A stretch of 64,000 nucleotides of DNA. Origin: Elainellaceae cyanobacterium. GTDB lineage: Bacteria; Cyanobacteriota; Cyanobacteriia; CAZCXK01. A program made the position numbers and the translations under genes. Shown in pieces: positions 1-10,020 of this stretch. Below the pieces are notes generated by a model, which was not told the origin of the DNA, did not search any database, and saw only the letters and a list, made by a program, of their open reading frames with translations. How positions within the stretch are numbered: the first letter of the stretch is position 1; every line of letters starts with the position of its first letter. The stretch spans positions 22,454-86,453 of the forward strand of contig JBNPEG010000013.1 of NCBI GenBank assembly GCA_051117555.1. Direction: 5' to 3'.

Positions 1-12
1 GATGGGAATAGG

Positions 13-50
13 GGTGGATGGGTGGATGGGTGGATGGGTGGATGGGTCGT
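13..50. repeat. Short tandem repeat, 8-nt unit GGTGGATG/GATGGGTG in about 4.5 copies, G-rich
   Basis: Read directly: ggggtggatgggtggatgggtggatgggtggatgggtcg. Resembles cyanobacterial short tandem repeats (STRR-like). Confidence 0.7.
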
Positions 51-240
51 TAAATCACAGAGTATACAATCAGAGAGCGTTTAGATTTTCGTGTAAGTGC
101 GACCGTCCTCGGTCGTATGTTCCTTACAAGGTGTTCCTTATGCGGTGTTCCTTAACGGTAGGGTCGCCGAGATGCTATGTTCCACATTGCCAGGGCAAAC
201 GCACTTAATTACACAAAATTCAGAACACACCCTCACTCCC

Positions 241-2055
241 TCACTTTCCCTCGTCTACTTTAATTTCTTCAATGTTCCATAAGCCCCAGCTAGGTAAGCC
301 AGAATATTTAAGTCCCTGGAGGCGATCGCGCGATGCCATCATGGCTAATCCATTTATTAGATGAATAACGGGTAACTGTTCTTGAACGATGCGCTGAAAA
401 TCAGCATAAATGATTTTCCGTTTGGCTTCATCGAGTTCACGCGCTCCTTGCTTAAAGAGTTGGTCGATGGCCTGTTCCCATTCACTGACAACCCATTCTG
501 TGACGGCGGGTTTACCCGGCTGCGGACCCAGATTAAACAGATGTGATCCTCCAGTGCTCATCCAAAGATTTGCGCCTTCGTGGGGTTCGACTCCGCCTGT
601 AAAGCCGATTAACAGGCTTTCCCATTCACGAGTGGTCAATACGTTAGCCACCAGCGTATTAAAGCTGATCGGGTTGAAGCTGACGCGAATTCCAATATCA
701 GCCAAGTTTGATTTAATTTGAGAGCCGACTCCTTCTCGCACCTCGTTTCCAGAATTGGTATTTAACACAAATTCAACCGGGTTATTATCTGCATCGAGCA
801 AACGACCCGTCAAATCATATTGAAACCCTGCTGATATCAGCAAGTCTTTTGCTTTGTCGATGCTGTAGTCATAGACTGGCAATCCCTCATCGGGAGATAG
901 GTAGTATGGACTTTGAACTGAAATCGGTGAATGTTGAAGGTCGCCAATGCCTCGGAAAATATTGTTAATCAGACGCGGGCGATCGATGGCATAGGCAACG
1001 GCTTGCCGAAATTCTAACGTGTTAAACCATCGAGACTTGACCGGATCAACGAGCGATCGCCCGTTTTCATTACTGCCTCGATTCAGGTTAAACGAAAGAA
1101 ACAGCGTACTTGAGCGAGGCCCTCCAATATGGATCGTAAAGTCACCGCGTTCTTCTTCTCGTTTTAACAACGAAAAGTCTTCAGGACGGAGAGCCCCTGC
1201 ATCTCCAAGGGCATCGAGTTCTCCAGATCGAAACCGCAGAAGCTGCGTGTCATCTGACTCTAAAAACTGCCAAATAATCCGATCGACGTAGGGAAACTGC
1301 TGCCCTTGAGGGTCTTGTTTCCAATAATATGGATTGCGGCGAAAGATGAGGCGCTGTGCTGGAACATAGCGTTCCATTTTATACGGTCCATTCACAATGA
1401 TTTGGTCTGGAGGGGTATCGGTCCCCCACGTGGAAATAAACGCCGGATTGCCATCCGCATCTAGCGTGTTGACTGCATCTTGAAGCACGTGCTGCGGAAG
1501 AATATTGACTCCATTGGGCCCGGCAACTGCTCTCAACAGCGGGGCAAACGGTTCTGGCAAGACAAATTCAATTTGGCGATCGCCCCGTTTGAGCACCTGC
1601 GGAAACAAGCGCTGTTCACCAATGCGAAAGGCATCTTTGGCATCCGTCGGAATCGCTTCATTAAAAACAACATCTTGATAGGTAAACACCACATCGTCTG
1701 CTGTGAGCGATTCCCCATCCGACCAGCGCAGCCCCTCCCGAAGCGTAAATATTACCCGTTGCTGATCGTCAGAAAATTCCCACGATTCGGCTAACGACGG
1801 CTCAATTGCTCCGGTCACGCCGTTTTCTTCAGTCAGCCCTCGGAAGCAAAATAGAAAAATATTCGGAAACTGCTGCCGCAATGCCGCATTGAACGTTTTC
1901 GGATCGCTGAGCGACGTTAGCACGAGTTGCGACCCATCAGCCACCGCTGTTGTTGGAGTCGAAAGGCGGCATCCTTCCAGCACGCCAGTTAACAGAATAG
2001 GAAGAATTAAGCCAATGAGCCAGCGTTGGACTAAGCGGATTCGGTAAAACGGCAT
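241..2055 (-). CDS. ABC transporter substrate-binding protein, family 5 (Opp/Dpp/Nik-type), lipoprotein; paralog 1 of 4
   Basis: 604 aa. N-terminal signal with lipobox (LTGVLEGC). Length and conserved blocks typical of SBP_bac_5 (RNPYYW, WGTDT, SPYYL motifs shared with paralogs 2-4). Confidence 0.85.
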   Translation of the reverse strand: MPFYRIRLVQRWLIGLILPILLTGVLEGCRLSTPTTAVADGSQLVLTSLSDPKTFNAALRQQFPNIFLFCFRGLTEENGVTGAIEPSLAESWEFSDDQQRVIFTLREGLRWSDGESLTADDVVFTYQDVVFNEAIPTDAKDAFRIGEQRLFPQVLKRGDRQIEFVLPEPFAPLLRAVAGPNGVNILPQHVLQDAVNTLDADGNPAFISTWGTDTPPDQIIVNGPYKMERYVPAQRLIFRRNPYYWKQDPQGQQFPYVDRIIWQFLESDDTQLLRFRSGELDALGDAGALRPEDFSLLKREEERGDFTIHIGGPRSSTLFLSFNLNRGSNENGRSLVDPVKSRWFNTLEFRQAVAYAIDRPRLINNIFRGIGDLQHSPISVQSPYYLSPDEGLPVYDYSIDKAKDLLISAGFQYDLTGRLLDADNNPVEFVLNTNSGNEVREGVGSQIKSNLADIGIRVSFNPISFNTLVANVLTTREWESLLIGFTGGVEPHEGANLWMSTGGSHLFNLGPQPGKPAVTEWVVSEWEQAIDQLFKQGARELDEAKRKIIYADFQRIVQEQLPVIHLINGLAMMASRDRLQGLKYSGLPSWGLWNIEEIKVDEGK

Positions 2056-2201
2056 TGTATCAAGACAGCATACAGACTATTCGACTAAAGCCCTACGGGC
2101 TCAGGTTTGTGTGGTGAACCCGCGCGGCGCGAGAGTTCACCACACGTTCAGCGTCCTAACGCGAGAGCGTAAGGCTATAAACAGTGGCTCTGTGTAGGAT
2201 T

Positions 2202-3983
2202 TTAATCAACCACTTTAATTTCATATACGTTCCACAATACGCTCTCTAGGTTGGTGTTGCCGAGTGACGAAAATTCTACCCCTTCAAGGCGATCGCGAAT
2301 CGCAGACATGGTTAATGGATTAATCAAATAAATACAAGGTAGATATTCTTGTGCCAATTGCTGGGATTGGGCATAAATCTCTTTCCGCTGCTCTTCGTCA
2401 AACTCTTGAGCCCCTTCGATGTAAAGCTGCCCGATCTTGGCTTCCCAATCGGCAACCACTCGCCCTTCAATGGGAGGCTGCCCCGGCTGGGACGCCAAAT
2501 TAAACATGTGTAAGCGACCGTCTGGAAGCCAGAAATTTGCGCCCCCGTGGGGCTCAACTCCGCCCGTAAAGGCGATCAAGACACATTCCCAATCTAGGGT
2601 GGTATCGAGCTTATCAATCAGAGTATTAAAGGCAATGGGCTGAAAATTGACCTGCATGCCAATTTCACCCAAGTCGCGCTTAATTTGTGCCCCGATCGCG
2701 CTGACTGTTTGCCCGCCCGCAGGTACGTTGAGAATGAATTCGACTAGGTTTCCTTCAGCGTCCAACAATTGTCCCTGAGGATTATATTGGAATCCAGCGC
2801 TTTGCAGGAGAGTTTTGGCGCGCTCAGGGTCATGGTCATAGGTCTGAAGCCCCTCTTCAGGAGACAGGTAATACGGGCTCTGAACTGAGATTGGAGAATG
2901 TTGGGGTTCACCAATACCGCGATAGAGATTGTTAATCATGGTTTGGCGATCGAGCCCATAGGCAACGGCTTGGCGAAATTCAACGGTGTTAAACCATCGG
3001 GACTTCACCGGATCGACCAATGGTTGACCGTTTCGACTGCCTTGATTGAGATTAAACGAGATAAACACGGTCCCCATGGCAGGTTCGCCAATCTCAATGT
3101 GAAAATTACTGCGGTCTTCTTCTCGCTTGAGCAAAGAAAAATTGGTGGGTGAAACGCCAATCGTGTCTAACCCTCCCGATCGAAACTGCATAATCGCCGT
3201 ATCGGATGACTCAACAATCTCCCAGATGAGCTGCTCTACATAGGGCAACGAATTGCCTTGAGCGTCTTTGCGCCAGTAGTAAGGATTGCGATCAAATACG
3301 ACGCGCTGATTGGGAGAATAGCTAGAGATGACATACGGACCGCTACACACGATTTGACGAGGGTCAGTATCGGTTCCCCAGGTGGTAAGAAAGCGAGGGT
3401 CGCCATCCGATCCGGTGTTGACGACCGACTCATAAAGCGCATGCTTAGGGATGATGGCAATGCCACCGCTAAATCGCAGCAAGGGGGCAAAGGGTTCTGG
3501 TGCGATGAACTGAACTCTGCGCTCGTCAACCTGACGCACTTCAGGCAACACGCCGCTCTCTCCGATTCGCAGAATGTCGCGGGTGCTCGTCGGGATGGCT
3601 TCATTGAAGATGACGTCGTTATATGTAAAGAGAATATCCTCCACGGTCAGAGGCTCTCCGTCTGACCACTTCAGTCCCTCACGCAGGGTATAGGTAATTC
3701 GCAGCCCGTCGTCGGAGATGTCCCATGATTCTGCCAGTTCAGGGACGAGCTCTCCGGTTATTCCATCTTGCTGGAGCAGAGCGTTATAGGTTAACCCAAA
3801 TACGTTGGGTGATTCTTCGCTGAGGATGTAGTTAAATGTTTTGGGGTCGGTGGTCACTGCAACCACAATCCGGCTAATTTCGGCTGCTTCAGTGCGATAC
3901 AACACAGACTCGCAGCCTCCAGTGGCGATCGCCATCAGCACTGCTAGCCCCACCAACAAAAGCCTGCGGAATCGTCTAACCAT
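2202..3983 (-). CDS. ABC transporter substrate-binding protein, family 5, lipoprotein; paralog 2
   Basis: 593 aa. Signal plus lipobox (ATGGC). Colinear similarity to neighbouring paralogs (DRNPYYW, TWGTDTDP, SPISVQSPYYLSP). Confidence 0.85.
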   Translation of the reverse strand: MVRRFRRLLLVGLAVLMAIATGGCESVLYRTEAAEISRIVVAVTTDPKTFNYILSEESPNVFGLTYNALLQQDGITGELVPELAESWDISDDGLRITYTLREGLKWSDGEPLTVEDILFTYNDVIFNEAIPTSTRDILRIGESGVLPEVRQVDERRVQFIAPEPFAPLLRFSGGIAIIPKHALYESVVNTGSDGDPRFLTTWGTDTDPRQIVCSGPYVISSYSPNQRVVFDRNPYYWRKDAQGNSLPYVEQLIWEIVESSDTAIMQFRSGGLDTIGVSPTNFSLLKREEDRSNFHIEIGEPAMGTVFISFNLNQGSRNGQPLVDPVKSRWFNTVEFRQAVAYGLDRQTMINNLYRGIGEPQHSPISVQSPYYLSPEEGLQTYDHDPERAKTLLQSAGFQYNPQGQLLDAEGNLVEFILNVPAGGQTVSAIGAQIKRDLGEIGMQVNFQPIAFNTLIDKLDTTLDWECVLIAFTGGVEPHGGANFWLPDGRLHMFNLASQPGQPPIEGRVVADWEAKIGQLYIEGAQEFDEEQRKEIYAQSQQLAQEYLPCIYLINPLTMSAIRDRLEGVEFSSLGNTNLESVLWNVYEIKVVD

Positions 3984-4084
3984 AGTGAATTAACCTAAAC
4001 GAGACGTATCTAAAATCATGACTCAGATTATCAACAGGGATTTCTGAGATCTTAAGTCAGATTTGAGAATTCCTGCGGAGAGGT

Positions 4085-5932
4085 TTACTCAAGGCGCAAC
4101 TCATACACATTCCAAAACAGCTTTCCTAACGCTGAATATTGAACGTCCTTGATTCGATTGCGAATCGCACCGAGCGCTAGCGGATTCACTAAATGAATGA
4201 ACGGCACATAATCCTGAATGAGCTGTTGCGCGTCTGCATAAATTTCTTTTCGTTTGTCTTCATCCAGTTCTTGAGACCCCGCAATATAGAGCCTACCGAT
4301 TTCAGCTTCCCAGTCCGTAACCTCTCGCCCCACCACCGAATCATCGTCGGATTTTAGATTGAAGTCATGAAATTGCCCGTCTGGAAGCCAGGTTGAAGCT
4401 CCACTATGGGGTTCGATGTCATCGGTGAAGCCAAGCACCTGAGCTTCCCAGTCCATCGTGGTCGTAATTTTGTCGACCAGCGTGTTAAACGTCATGGGTT
4501 GAAAATCAACCTGAATGCCGATGCGCGCCAAATCATATTTAATCTGGGAGCCTATGGATTCCCGGATTCGGTTGCCGGAGTTGGTTATTAGGGTAAATCT
4601 AACGCGATTCCCCTCGGCATCGAGTAATCGATTGTCGGCGTCATAGTAAAAGCCTGCTCCTCTCAGCAGGTCTTTGGATTTTTCGACGTTGTAGCGATAG
4701 ACCTTTAGGCCATCGTCCGGTGAAAGATAGTATGGGCTCTGAGAGGAAATGGGGGAATCTTGAAATTCTCCCAATCCTCGAAAAACGTTGTTAATCATTG
4801 TCTGGCGGTCGATTGAATGGGCGATCGCCTGTCTAAACGCCACGGTATTAAACCAGGCCGATTTGATTGGGTCAATCAGCGGCTCTCCGGTGTCTCGCCG
4901 CCGCCCCTTATTGAGGTTAAACGTGAGATAACTGGTGCTAATCGTCGGCCCTCCGTTATAAATCGTGAAGTCGCCTCGTCGTTCTTCTCGCTTCAGCAGA
5001 GAAAAATTTTCTGGACTGACTCCGACGACATCGAGCCCGCCCGATCGAAACTGCAACAGGGCATTGTCGGTTGATTCAACAATTTGTCGAATGATTCGCT
5101 CGACATAGGGCATGGCTTGATTTTGGTCGTCTGTTCGCCAATAGTAAGGATTGCGCCGAAAGATAACCCGCTGGCTCGGTTCGTACGTTTCGATCAGGTA
5201 GGGGCCATTGGTGACAATGTTGGCGGGGTTGGTGTCAGTGCCCCAGGTCGATAAAAACTCTGGGTTCCCTTCAGTATCTTGGGCCTCCACGTAGGGCTCA
5301 AGTGCGTGTTTCGGAACGATTGGCGTCTCTCCGGCTGCGCTAAGAAACGGGGCAAAGGGTTCAGGCACGGTAAATTCAACTTGGCGATCGCTCAGTTGTG
5401 TCACGGTTGGAAACGCTCTCGATTCTCCGATTCTCATCACATCGCGGAGCGTATTAGGAATGTTCTCGTTAAAGTAAACCGAGTTAAACGTAAACACGAC
5501 ATCCTCAACGGTGAGCGGCTCGCCATCTGACCAGCGCAACCCATCTCTGAGGGTAAAGACAATGCGGAGGCGATCGTCTGAAACCTCCCAAGATTCTGCT
5601 AATTCGGGTTCGAGTTCTCCGGTCATTCCATGTTGGCTCAGCATGCCGACATAGGTTAAATCGAAGACGTTTGGATATTCCTCATTGAGAACGACATTAA
5701 ACGTCTTTGGGTCGCTCAAAAAACTATCGACAATACGCGGCACTTGGGCCGCTTCGGTGCTAAACCAGCTTGGGCTACAGCTTCCGAGGGCGATCGCCAA
5801 TCCAGCCGCCACCATAAAACCAGCCAGCCGAACTGCTCGAAGCGAGCGAATCAACCCATTGACCCGACGTAGTGAAGGCAGCCTTGATTGACGAAACTTA
5901 GTCGACTTCAGCAATTTCCAACTCATAAACAT
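4085..5932 (-). CDS. ABC transporter substrate-binding protein, family 5, lipoprotein; paralog 3. True start probably internal near 5815-5833.
   Basis: 615-aa ORF with lipobox (ALGSC). The long N-terminal extension overlaps the 3' end of paralog 4 by 35 nt, so a later Met/Val start is likely. Confidence 0.8.
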   Translation of the reverse strand: MFMSWKLLKSTKFRQSRLPSLRRVNGLIRSLRAVRLAGFMVAAGLAIALGSCSPSWFSTEAAQVPRIVDSFLSDPKTFNVVLNEEYPNVFDLTYVGMLSQHGMTGELEPELAESWEVSDDRLRIVFTLRDGLRWSDGEPLTVEDVVFTFNSVYFNENIPNTLRDVMRIGESRAFPTVTQLSDRQVEFTVPEPFAPFLSAAGETPIVPKHALEPYVEAQDTEGNPEFLSTWGTDTNPANIVTNGPYLIETYEPSQRVIFRRNPYYWRTDDQNQAMPYVERIIRQIVESTDNALLQFRSGGLDVVGVSPENFSLLKREERRGDFTIYNGGPTISTSYLTFNLNKGRRRDTGEPLIDPIKSAWFNTVAFRQAIAHSIDRQTMINNVFRGLGEFQDSPISSQSPYYLSPDDGLKVYRYNVEKSKDLLRGAGFYYDADNRLLDAEGNRVRFTLITNSGNRIRESIGSQIKYDLARIGIQVDFQPMTFNTLVDKITTTMDWEAQVLGFTDDIEPHSGASTWLPDGQFHDFNLKSDDDSVVGREVTDWEAEIGRLYIAGSQELDEDKRKEIYADAQQLIQDYVPFIHLVNPLALGAIRNRIKDVQYSALGKLFWNVYELRLE

Positions 5933-7688
5933 TCCAAAGCGAACCGCCTAGCGCTGAGTATTTGACATTTTGAATGCGATCGCGCACTGCTGACAACGAG
6001 AGGGGGTTAACCAGATAAATAAACGGCAAATAGTCTTGAGTGATGATCTGGCTTTGGGCGTAGATCTCAGATCGCTCCTCTTCATCGAGAGTGCGCGCTG
6101 CATCCACATAAAGCTGGCCAATTTTCTCTTCCCAATCTGAAACTACTCGCCCTTCAATGGGCGGTTCTCCCGCTTGAGCAGGCTGATTAAATCGGTGCGA
6201 TCGCCCATTGGGTTGCCAAACATTTGCGCCATCATTGGGTTCAACTCCCCCTGTAAAACCCAGCAAATAGCATTCCCAATCAATCGTATTCGCAAGCTTA
6301 TCGATCAGCGTGCCAAACGCAATCGGATTAAAATCAACCTGAATACCGATTTTGCTCAAATCTTGCTTAATCTGCGCCCCCATCGACTCCCGAATCTTGT
6401 TCCCCGAATTTGTGATCAGCGTAAATCGCACGCGATTGCCATCGGCATCTAGTAATTGACCGTTTGGATCATACTGGAATCCGGCATCAAGTAAGAGTGT
6501 TCTAGCTATCTCTGGGTCGTAATCATAAACGGGTAAGCCCTCGGCGGGAGGCAGATAGTAGGGGCTTTGTACAGAAATTGGCGAATTTTGTAGCTCGGCT
6601 AGCCCTTGAAACGTGTTGTTAATCATGCGCTGGCGATCGATCGCATAGGCAACTGCCTGCCGAAAATTCACCGTGTTAAACCAGCGAGATTTAATAGGGT
6701 CAACCAGGGGTACGCCATTTCGTCTGCCCTGGTTGAGATTAAAAGCAATAAAACTCGTAGACGGAACAGGACCTCCCTCATAAATAGTGAAATCCCCTCT
6801 GCTTTCTTCACGCTTAAGCAGCGCAAAGTAGTCAGGAGAGATGCCTAATACATCAAGTCCGCCTGAGCGAAATTGAATCACTGATGCATCAGACGATTCA
6901 ACAATTTGCCAAATCAGTCGTTCGACATAGGGCATCGGGTTTCCCTGCTCATCGCGTCGCCAGTAGTGCAGATTTCGTTCAAATACTACACGCTGACTCG
7001 GCACATAACTCGCTAAACGATAAGGACCATTCGCAATAATGTCTGCCGGATCGGTGTCTGTCCCCCAGGCAGATACAAAGCGGGGGGTGCCGTCTGCGTC
7101 GAGTTCATCTACGGATCGCTGGAGCGCATGTTTGGGCAATATCTTAATCAAACCCACTGTTCGCAGAAAGGGTGCAAATGGCTCCGGCACCGTAAATTCT
7201 ACTCTCCGATCATCGAGGCTGCGAACCTTGGGGAGTTCTTGAGATTCTCCGATTCTCAACACATCCCGTGCACTCGATGGAATGGCTTCATTAAAAAGCA
7301 GATCGTTGTAAGTAAACTCAACATCTGCGGCAGTGAGTGGCTCTCCATCCGACCATTTCAATCCGTCTCGCAGGGTAAACGTAATCCGGAGATCGTCATC
7401 CGAAATCTCCCAGCTTTCTGCGAGGGCGGGTTCAATATCAGCCGTTAGCCCATTCTCCTCGACAAGCCCGTCATAGATGAGGCTAAACACGTTCGGCGCT
7501 GTGGTGTTGAGAACGTAATTAAATGTTTCAGGATCGCTGAGCGTACTGGTCACAATTTGAGGAGGCTGCGCCGCTCGTCCTGTAAATTGAGCTGTGTTGC
7601 ATGCCCCAATGGCGATCGCCGCTATAGGAACCAGCATCCAATACAGCCATCGCTGCCGCAATCCACGAATGATAGTCAGCTTAAACAC
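5898..7688 (-). CDS. ABC transporter substrate-binding protein, family 5, lipoprotein; paralog 4. GTG start overlaps queF stop.
   Basis: 596 aa with lipobox (AIGAC). Start codon reads GTG at 7686-7688, overlapping the TAG stop of queF (7688-7690) by 1 nt. Confidence 0.8.
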   Translation of the reverse strand: MFKLTIIRGLRQRWLYWMLVPIAAIAIGACNTAQFTGRAAQPPQIVTSTLSDPETFNYVLNTTAPNVFSLIYDGLVEENGLTADIEPALAESWEISDDDLRITFTLRDGLKWSDGEPLTAADVEFTYNDLLFNEAIPSSARDVLRIGESQELPKVRSLDDRRVEFTVPEPFAPFLRTVGLIKILPKHALQRSVDELDADGTPRFVSAWGTDTDPADIIANGPYRLASYVPSQRVVFERNLHYWRRDEQGNPMPYVERLIWQIVESSDASVIQFRSGGLDVLGISPDYFALLKREESRGDFTIYEGGPVPSTSFIAFNLNQGRRNGVPLVDPIKSRWFNTVNFRQAVAYAIDRQRMINNTFQGLAELQNSPISVQSPYYLPPAEGLPVYDYDPEIARTLLLDAGFQYDPNGQLLDADGNRVRFTLITNSGNKIRESMGAQIKQDLSKIGIQVDFNPIAFGTLIDKLANTIDWECYLLGFTGGVEPNDGANVWQPNGRSHRFNQPAQAGEPPIEGRVVSDWEEKIGQLYVDAARTLDEEERSEIYAQSQIITQDYLPFIYLVNPLSLSAVRDRIQNVKYSALGGSLWNVYELEIAEVD

Positions 7689-8119
7689 TAGGCTCCTTTT
7701 TGATGCTTAACCTCAATGACCGTATGAACATTCCCACGAGGCGCAAAATCCCCTTTTACCGTCACTTCAAGCGGATCACACGCAGCTACAAAATCATCCA
7801 GAATTTGATTAACGGATTCTTCATGAGAAATGTAGCGATCGCGATAGCTGTTGATATAGAGCTTGAGTGCTTTAAGTTCGACGACGTGATTGTCAGGAAT
7901 ATAGCTCAGATGAATCGTTGCAAAATCTGGATAGCCTGAAAATGGGCACTTACACGTAAATTCGGGCAACTCAATTTGAATGGTATATCGTCGCCCCATT
8001 CGAGGATTGGGAAACGTCGTTAGCGTACCTTCTGCGATCTGGCGTTCGCCGTATTTCGTTGGTGTCGGTAAATTGTCTCGCTCCGAAGAGATGTTTGACT
8101 GGGTAAATGATTGATTCAT
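7688..8119 (-). CDS. queF: NADPH-dependent 7-cyano-7-deazaguanine (preQ0) reductase QueF, type I
   Basis: 143 aa. Motif EFTCKCPFSGYPDFATIHLSYIPD and ELKALKLY match the unimodular QueF (YkvM) family closely. Confidence 0.9.
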   Translation of the reverse strand: MNQSFTQSNISSERDNLPTPTKYGERQIAEGTLTTFPNPRMGRRYTIQIELPEFTCKCPFSGYPDFATIHLSYIPDNHVVELKALKLYINSYRDRYISHEESVNQILDDFVAACDPLEVTVKGDFAPRGNVHTVIEVKHQKGA

Positions 8120-8402
8120 ACATTAAGACCTGTAAAACCTATGACACGATATCAAGTCGGTCATCTTCATCCTGTTGACTCAAACCACGCTCGGCTCGAA
8201 CGCTGAGCGTCTTTAAGGAACGCTATAGTGCTAGACGTAGACACGGTTGGTCAAAAGTTGTGTTGTAAATTACGGATATATAGCGATCTTAAATAGCTTG
8301 TGAATAACGAGTTAGGGCCATGTATTCGGTATGATGGCTCTAAATTTACACCCTTTATACCCATCCAATTACTGACATTAAGCCGACATTAAACTGAAAC
8401 CC

Positions 8403-9074
8403 ATGACCAACCTACCGTCTGAAACGACCCCCCACACTTCAGCAATCGGGCCTCAATCAGTTAGCGGTTCCTATGCACCTTCTGTGCCCCTTTCAGTTTA
8501 TCGAGAGTTGGCAGAAGAATTGCAGACGATTAGGGCTCAGCTAGAGACTGTAACTCAACACAATCAAACCCTGACTCAGCAGAATCAACAGCTGCATCAG
8601 CAGATTGACCAGGTGTTTCAATCGGCTCTATCCCTCCATCAACTGGTTAATGACCAAAACGAGCAAAATCAGCATGCCAAGCCGGATGAATCTGTTCTGC
8701 ACGTCTCTGATGAGATTACAGAAGAACTAAAGCGAGCCCTGCTGATGCAACCTCGTGCTGCCTCCTCCCCTCCCCGGTCAGACGCCGAACGAACTGAGTC
8801 TCCAACGATCATGCTTCCGTTTAGCTCTAATGAGGCTCATGGGGCTGCGGGAGCACTTTTTATAGACGAAAAATCTCAACGCGTTGCCAACTCATCAACG
8901 TCTACGCGAAGTTTTGGAGGGCTATGGCTTAAGCTAACCATTGTCGTCATTATCATTACGGCATTTTGTACAGGGTTTGGAGTGATTTGGTTTCTTCAAA
9001 AGCAAAATACCAATACTCCATCCCCCGTTTCCCGGGCAGTCGATTCTATTGAAGCGTCGATACGGCTGGAGTGA
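8403..9074 (+). CDS. Hypothetical protein, Gln-rich coiled coil with C-terminal transmembrane anchor
   Basis: 223 aa. QQNQQLHQQIDQ heptad-like region. Single hydrophobic segment LWLKLTIVVIIITAFCTGFGVIWFL near the C-terminus. Confidence 0.55.
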   Translation: MTNLPSETTPHTSAIGPQSVSGSYAPSVPLSVYRELAEELQTIRAQLETVTQHNQTLTQQNQQLHQQIDQVFQSALSLHQLVNDQNEQNQHAKPDESVLHVSDEITEELKRALLMQPRAASSPPRSDAERTESPTIMLPFSSNEAHGAAGALFIDEKSQRVANSSTSTRSFGGLWLKLTIVVIIITAFCTGFGVIWFLQKQNTNTPSPVSRAVDSIEASIRLE

Positions 9075-9123
9075 TTAAAGTAAAGCACGTCAAAACACGT
9101 CGACTGCGTTAGACAGAGATCGT

Positions 9124-10020
9124 TCAAAATTCTTGGCGTTCAAGCCATCCTAAAATCAATCGATTGACCTCATTCGGGCGTTCATCATGAGGGCAATGCC
9201 CTGTATCAGGAATGCTCTCAAATGTAATGCGATCGGGGTTTTGTTGAGCCATTTCTTGATAAAGCGTCGCGCCTGTGATGGGAGTCCATGGGTCAGCCTC
9301 GCCCCACACAATAAGCAACGGTTGGTGAATGCGAGGGAGCAGCTCAGATGGCTTTGGCCCCGGAGGAGCAGTCAGGATGGATGCAAAAACTTTGGAGGCT
9401 CCTGGGTCAGAGGCAGGCTCATAAATCAGATCGACGAGTTCATCGGTAATGGCTGAATGGTCACGATAAACCTGTTTGAGCGTTGAGCGCAATCGAGGCT
9501 TTTGACGAATGCGATCAAAGATAAATGGACCAATCACGGACGAGCTAATCAAGCTCGTAAATGCTCCCATAATCCATCGAAGGGGTGGATTCAATTCGTC
9601 GGGGCGATGATTTAGCCCGCCTGCACAGTTTAGCAATACCCCACCCGAGGCGATCGCTGGATGATTCGCAAGCACCATCATGGCGAGCAGGCCGCCAATA
9701 GAGTTGCCCACAAAGATTGCAGGTTGGTTAACATGATCATTCCAAAAATCTTTGAGCAGGGCTTCCCAAAGCTCTAGGTTGTAATCGAGCGGCGGCTTAT
9801 CAGAATGCCCGAAGCCAAGCAAATCTAGAGCAAATACGCGATATCCCTGGCTCGCCAATATCGGGATGTTTTTGCGCCAATGCCCAATCGATGCACCAAA
9901 ACCATGCACTAAGACGAGAGGTTGCCCTTCTCCGATAACGGTGTAGCGAAGCTGATGCCCCCGCCACATCCAATCAAAATTCTTAAATGCCTCAGAAGGT
10001 TGGATTTGCTGAGTAGTCAC
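9124..10020 (-). CDS. Alpha/beta-fold hydrolase
   Basis: 298 aa. HGFGAS oxyanion region and GNSIGG nucleophile elbow (GxSxG). C-terminal His in a DTGHCPHDE context. Confidence 0.8.
   Translation of the reverse strand: MTTQQIQPSEAFKNFDWMWRGHQLRYTVIGEGQPLVLVHGFGASIGHWRKNIPILASQGYRVFALDLLGFGHSDKPPLDYNLELWEALLKDFWNDHVNQPAIFVGNSIGGLLAMMVLANHPAIASGGVLLNCAGGLNHRPDELNPPLRWIMGAFTSLISSSVIGPFIFDRIRQKPRLRSTLKQVYRDHSAITDELVDLIYEPASDPGASKVFASILTAPPGPKPSELLPRIHQPLLIVWGEADPWTPITGATLYQEMAQQNPDRITFESIPDTGHCPHDERPNEVNRLILGWLERQEF

Noticed and set aside
2-282. ORFs 2..208 and 97..282 at the left edge
   Set aside because: They overlap the repeat array and the 3' flank of an SBP gene. Low-complexity translations, no support.
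410-7448. Numerous 60-135-aa + strand ORFs inside the four SBP genes (e.g. 410..721, 3258..3665, 5279..5530, 7128..7448)
   Set aside because: They are antisense to long, motif-supported SBP genes and have biased, Arg/Ser-rich translations typical of shadow ORFs.
8120-8402. Possible preQ1 riboswitch in the queF leader
   Set aside because: The minus-strand leader has no hairpin followed by the A-rich tail (AAAAAACUA) of preQ1-I, and no recognisable preQ1-II or III features.
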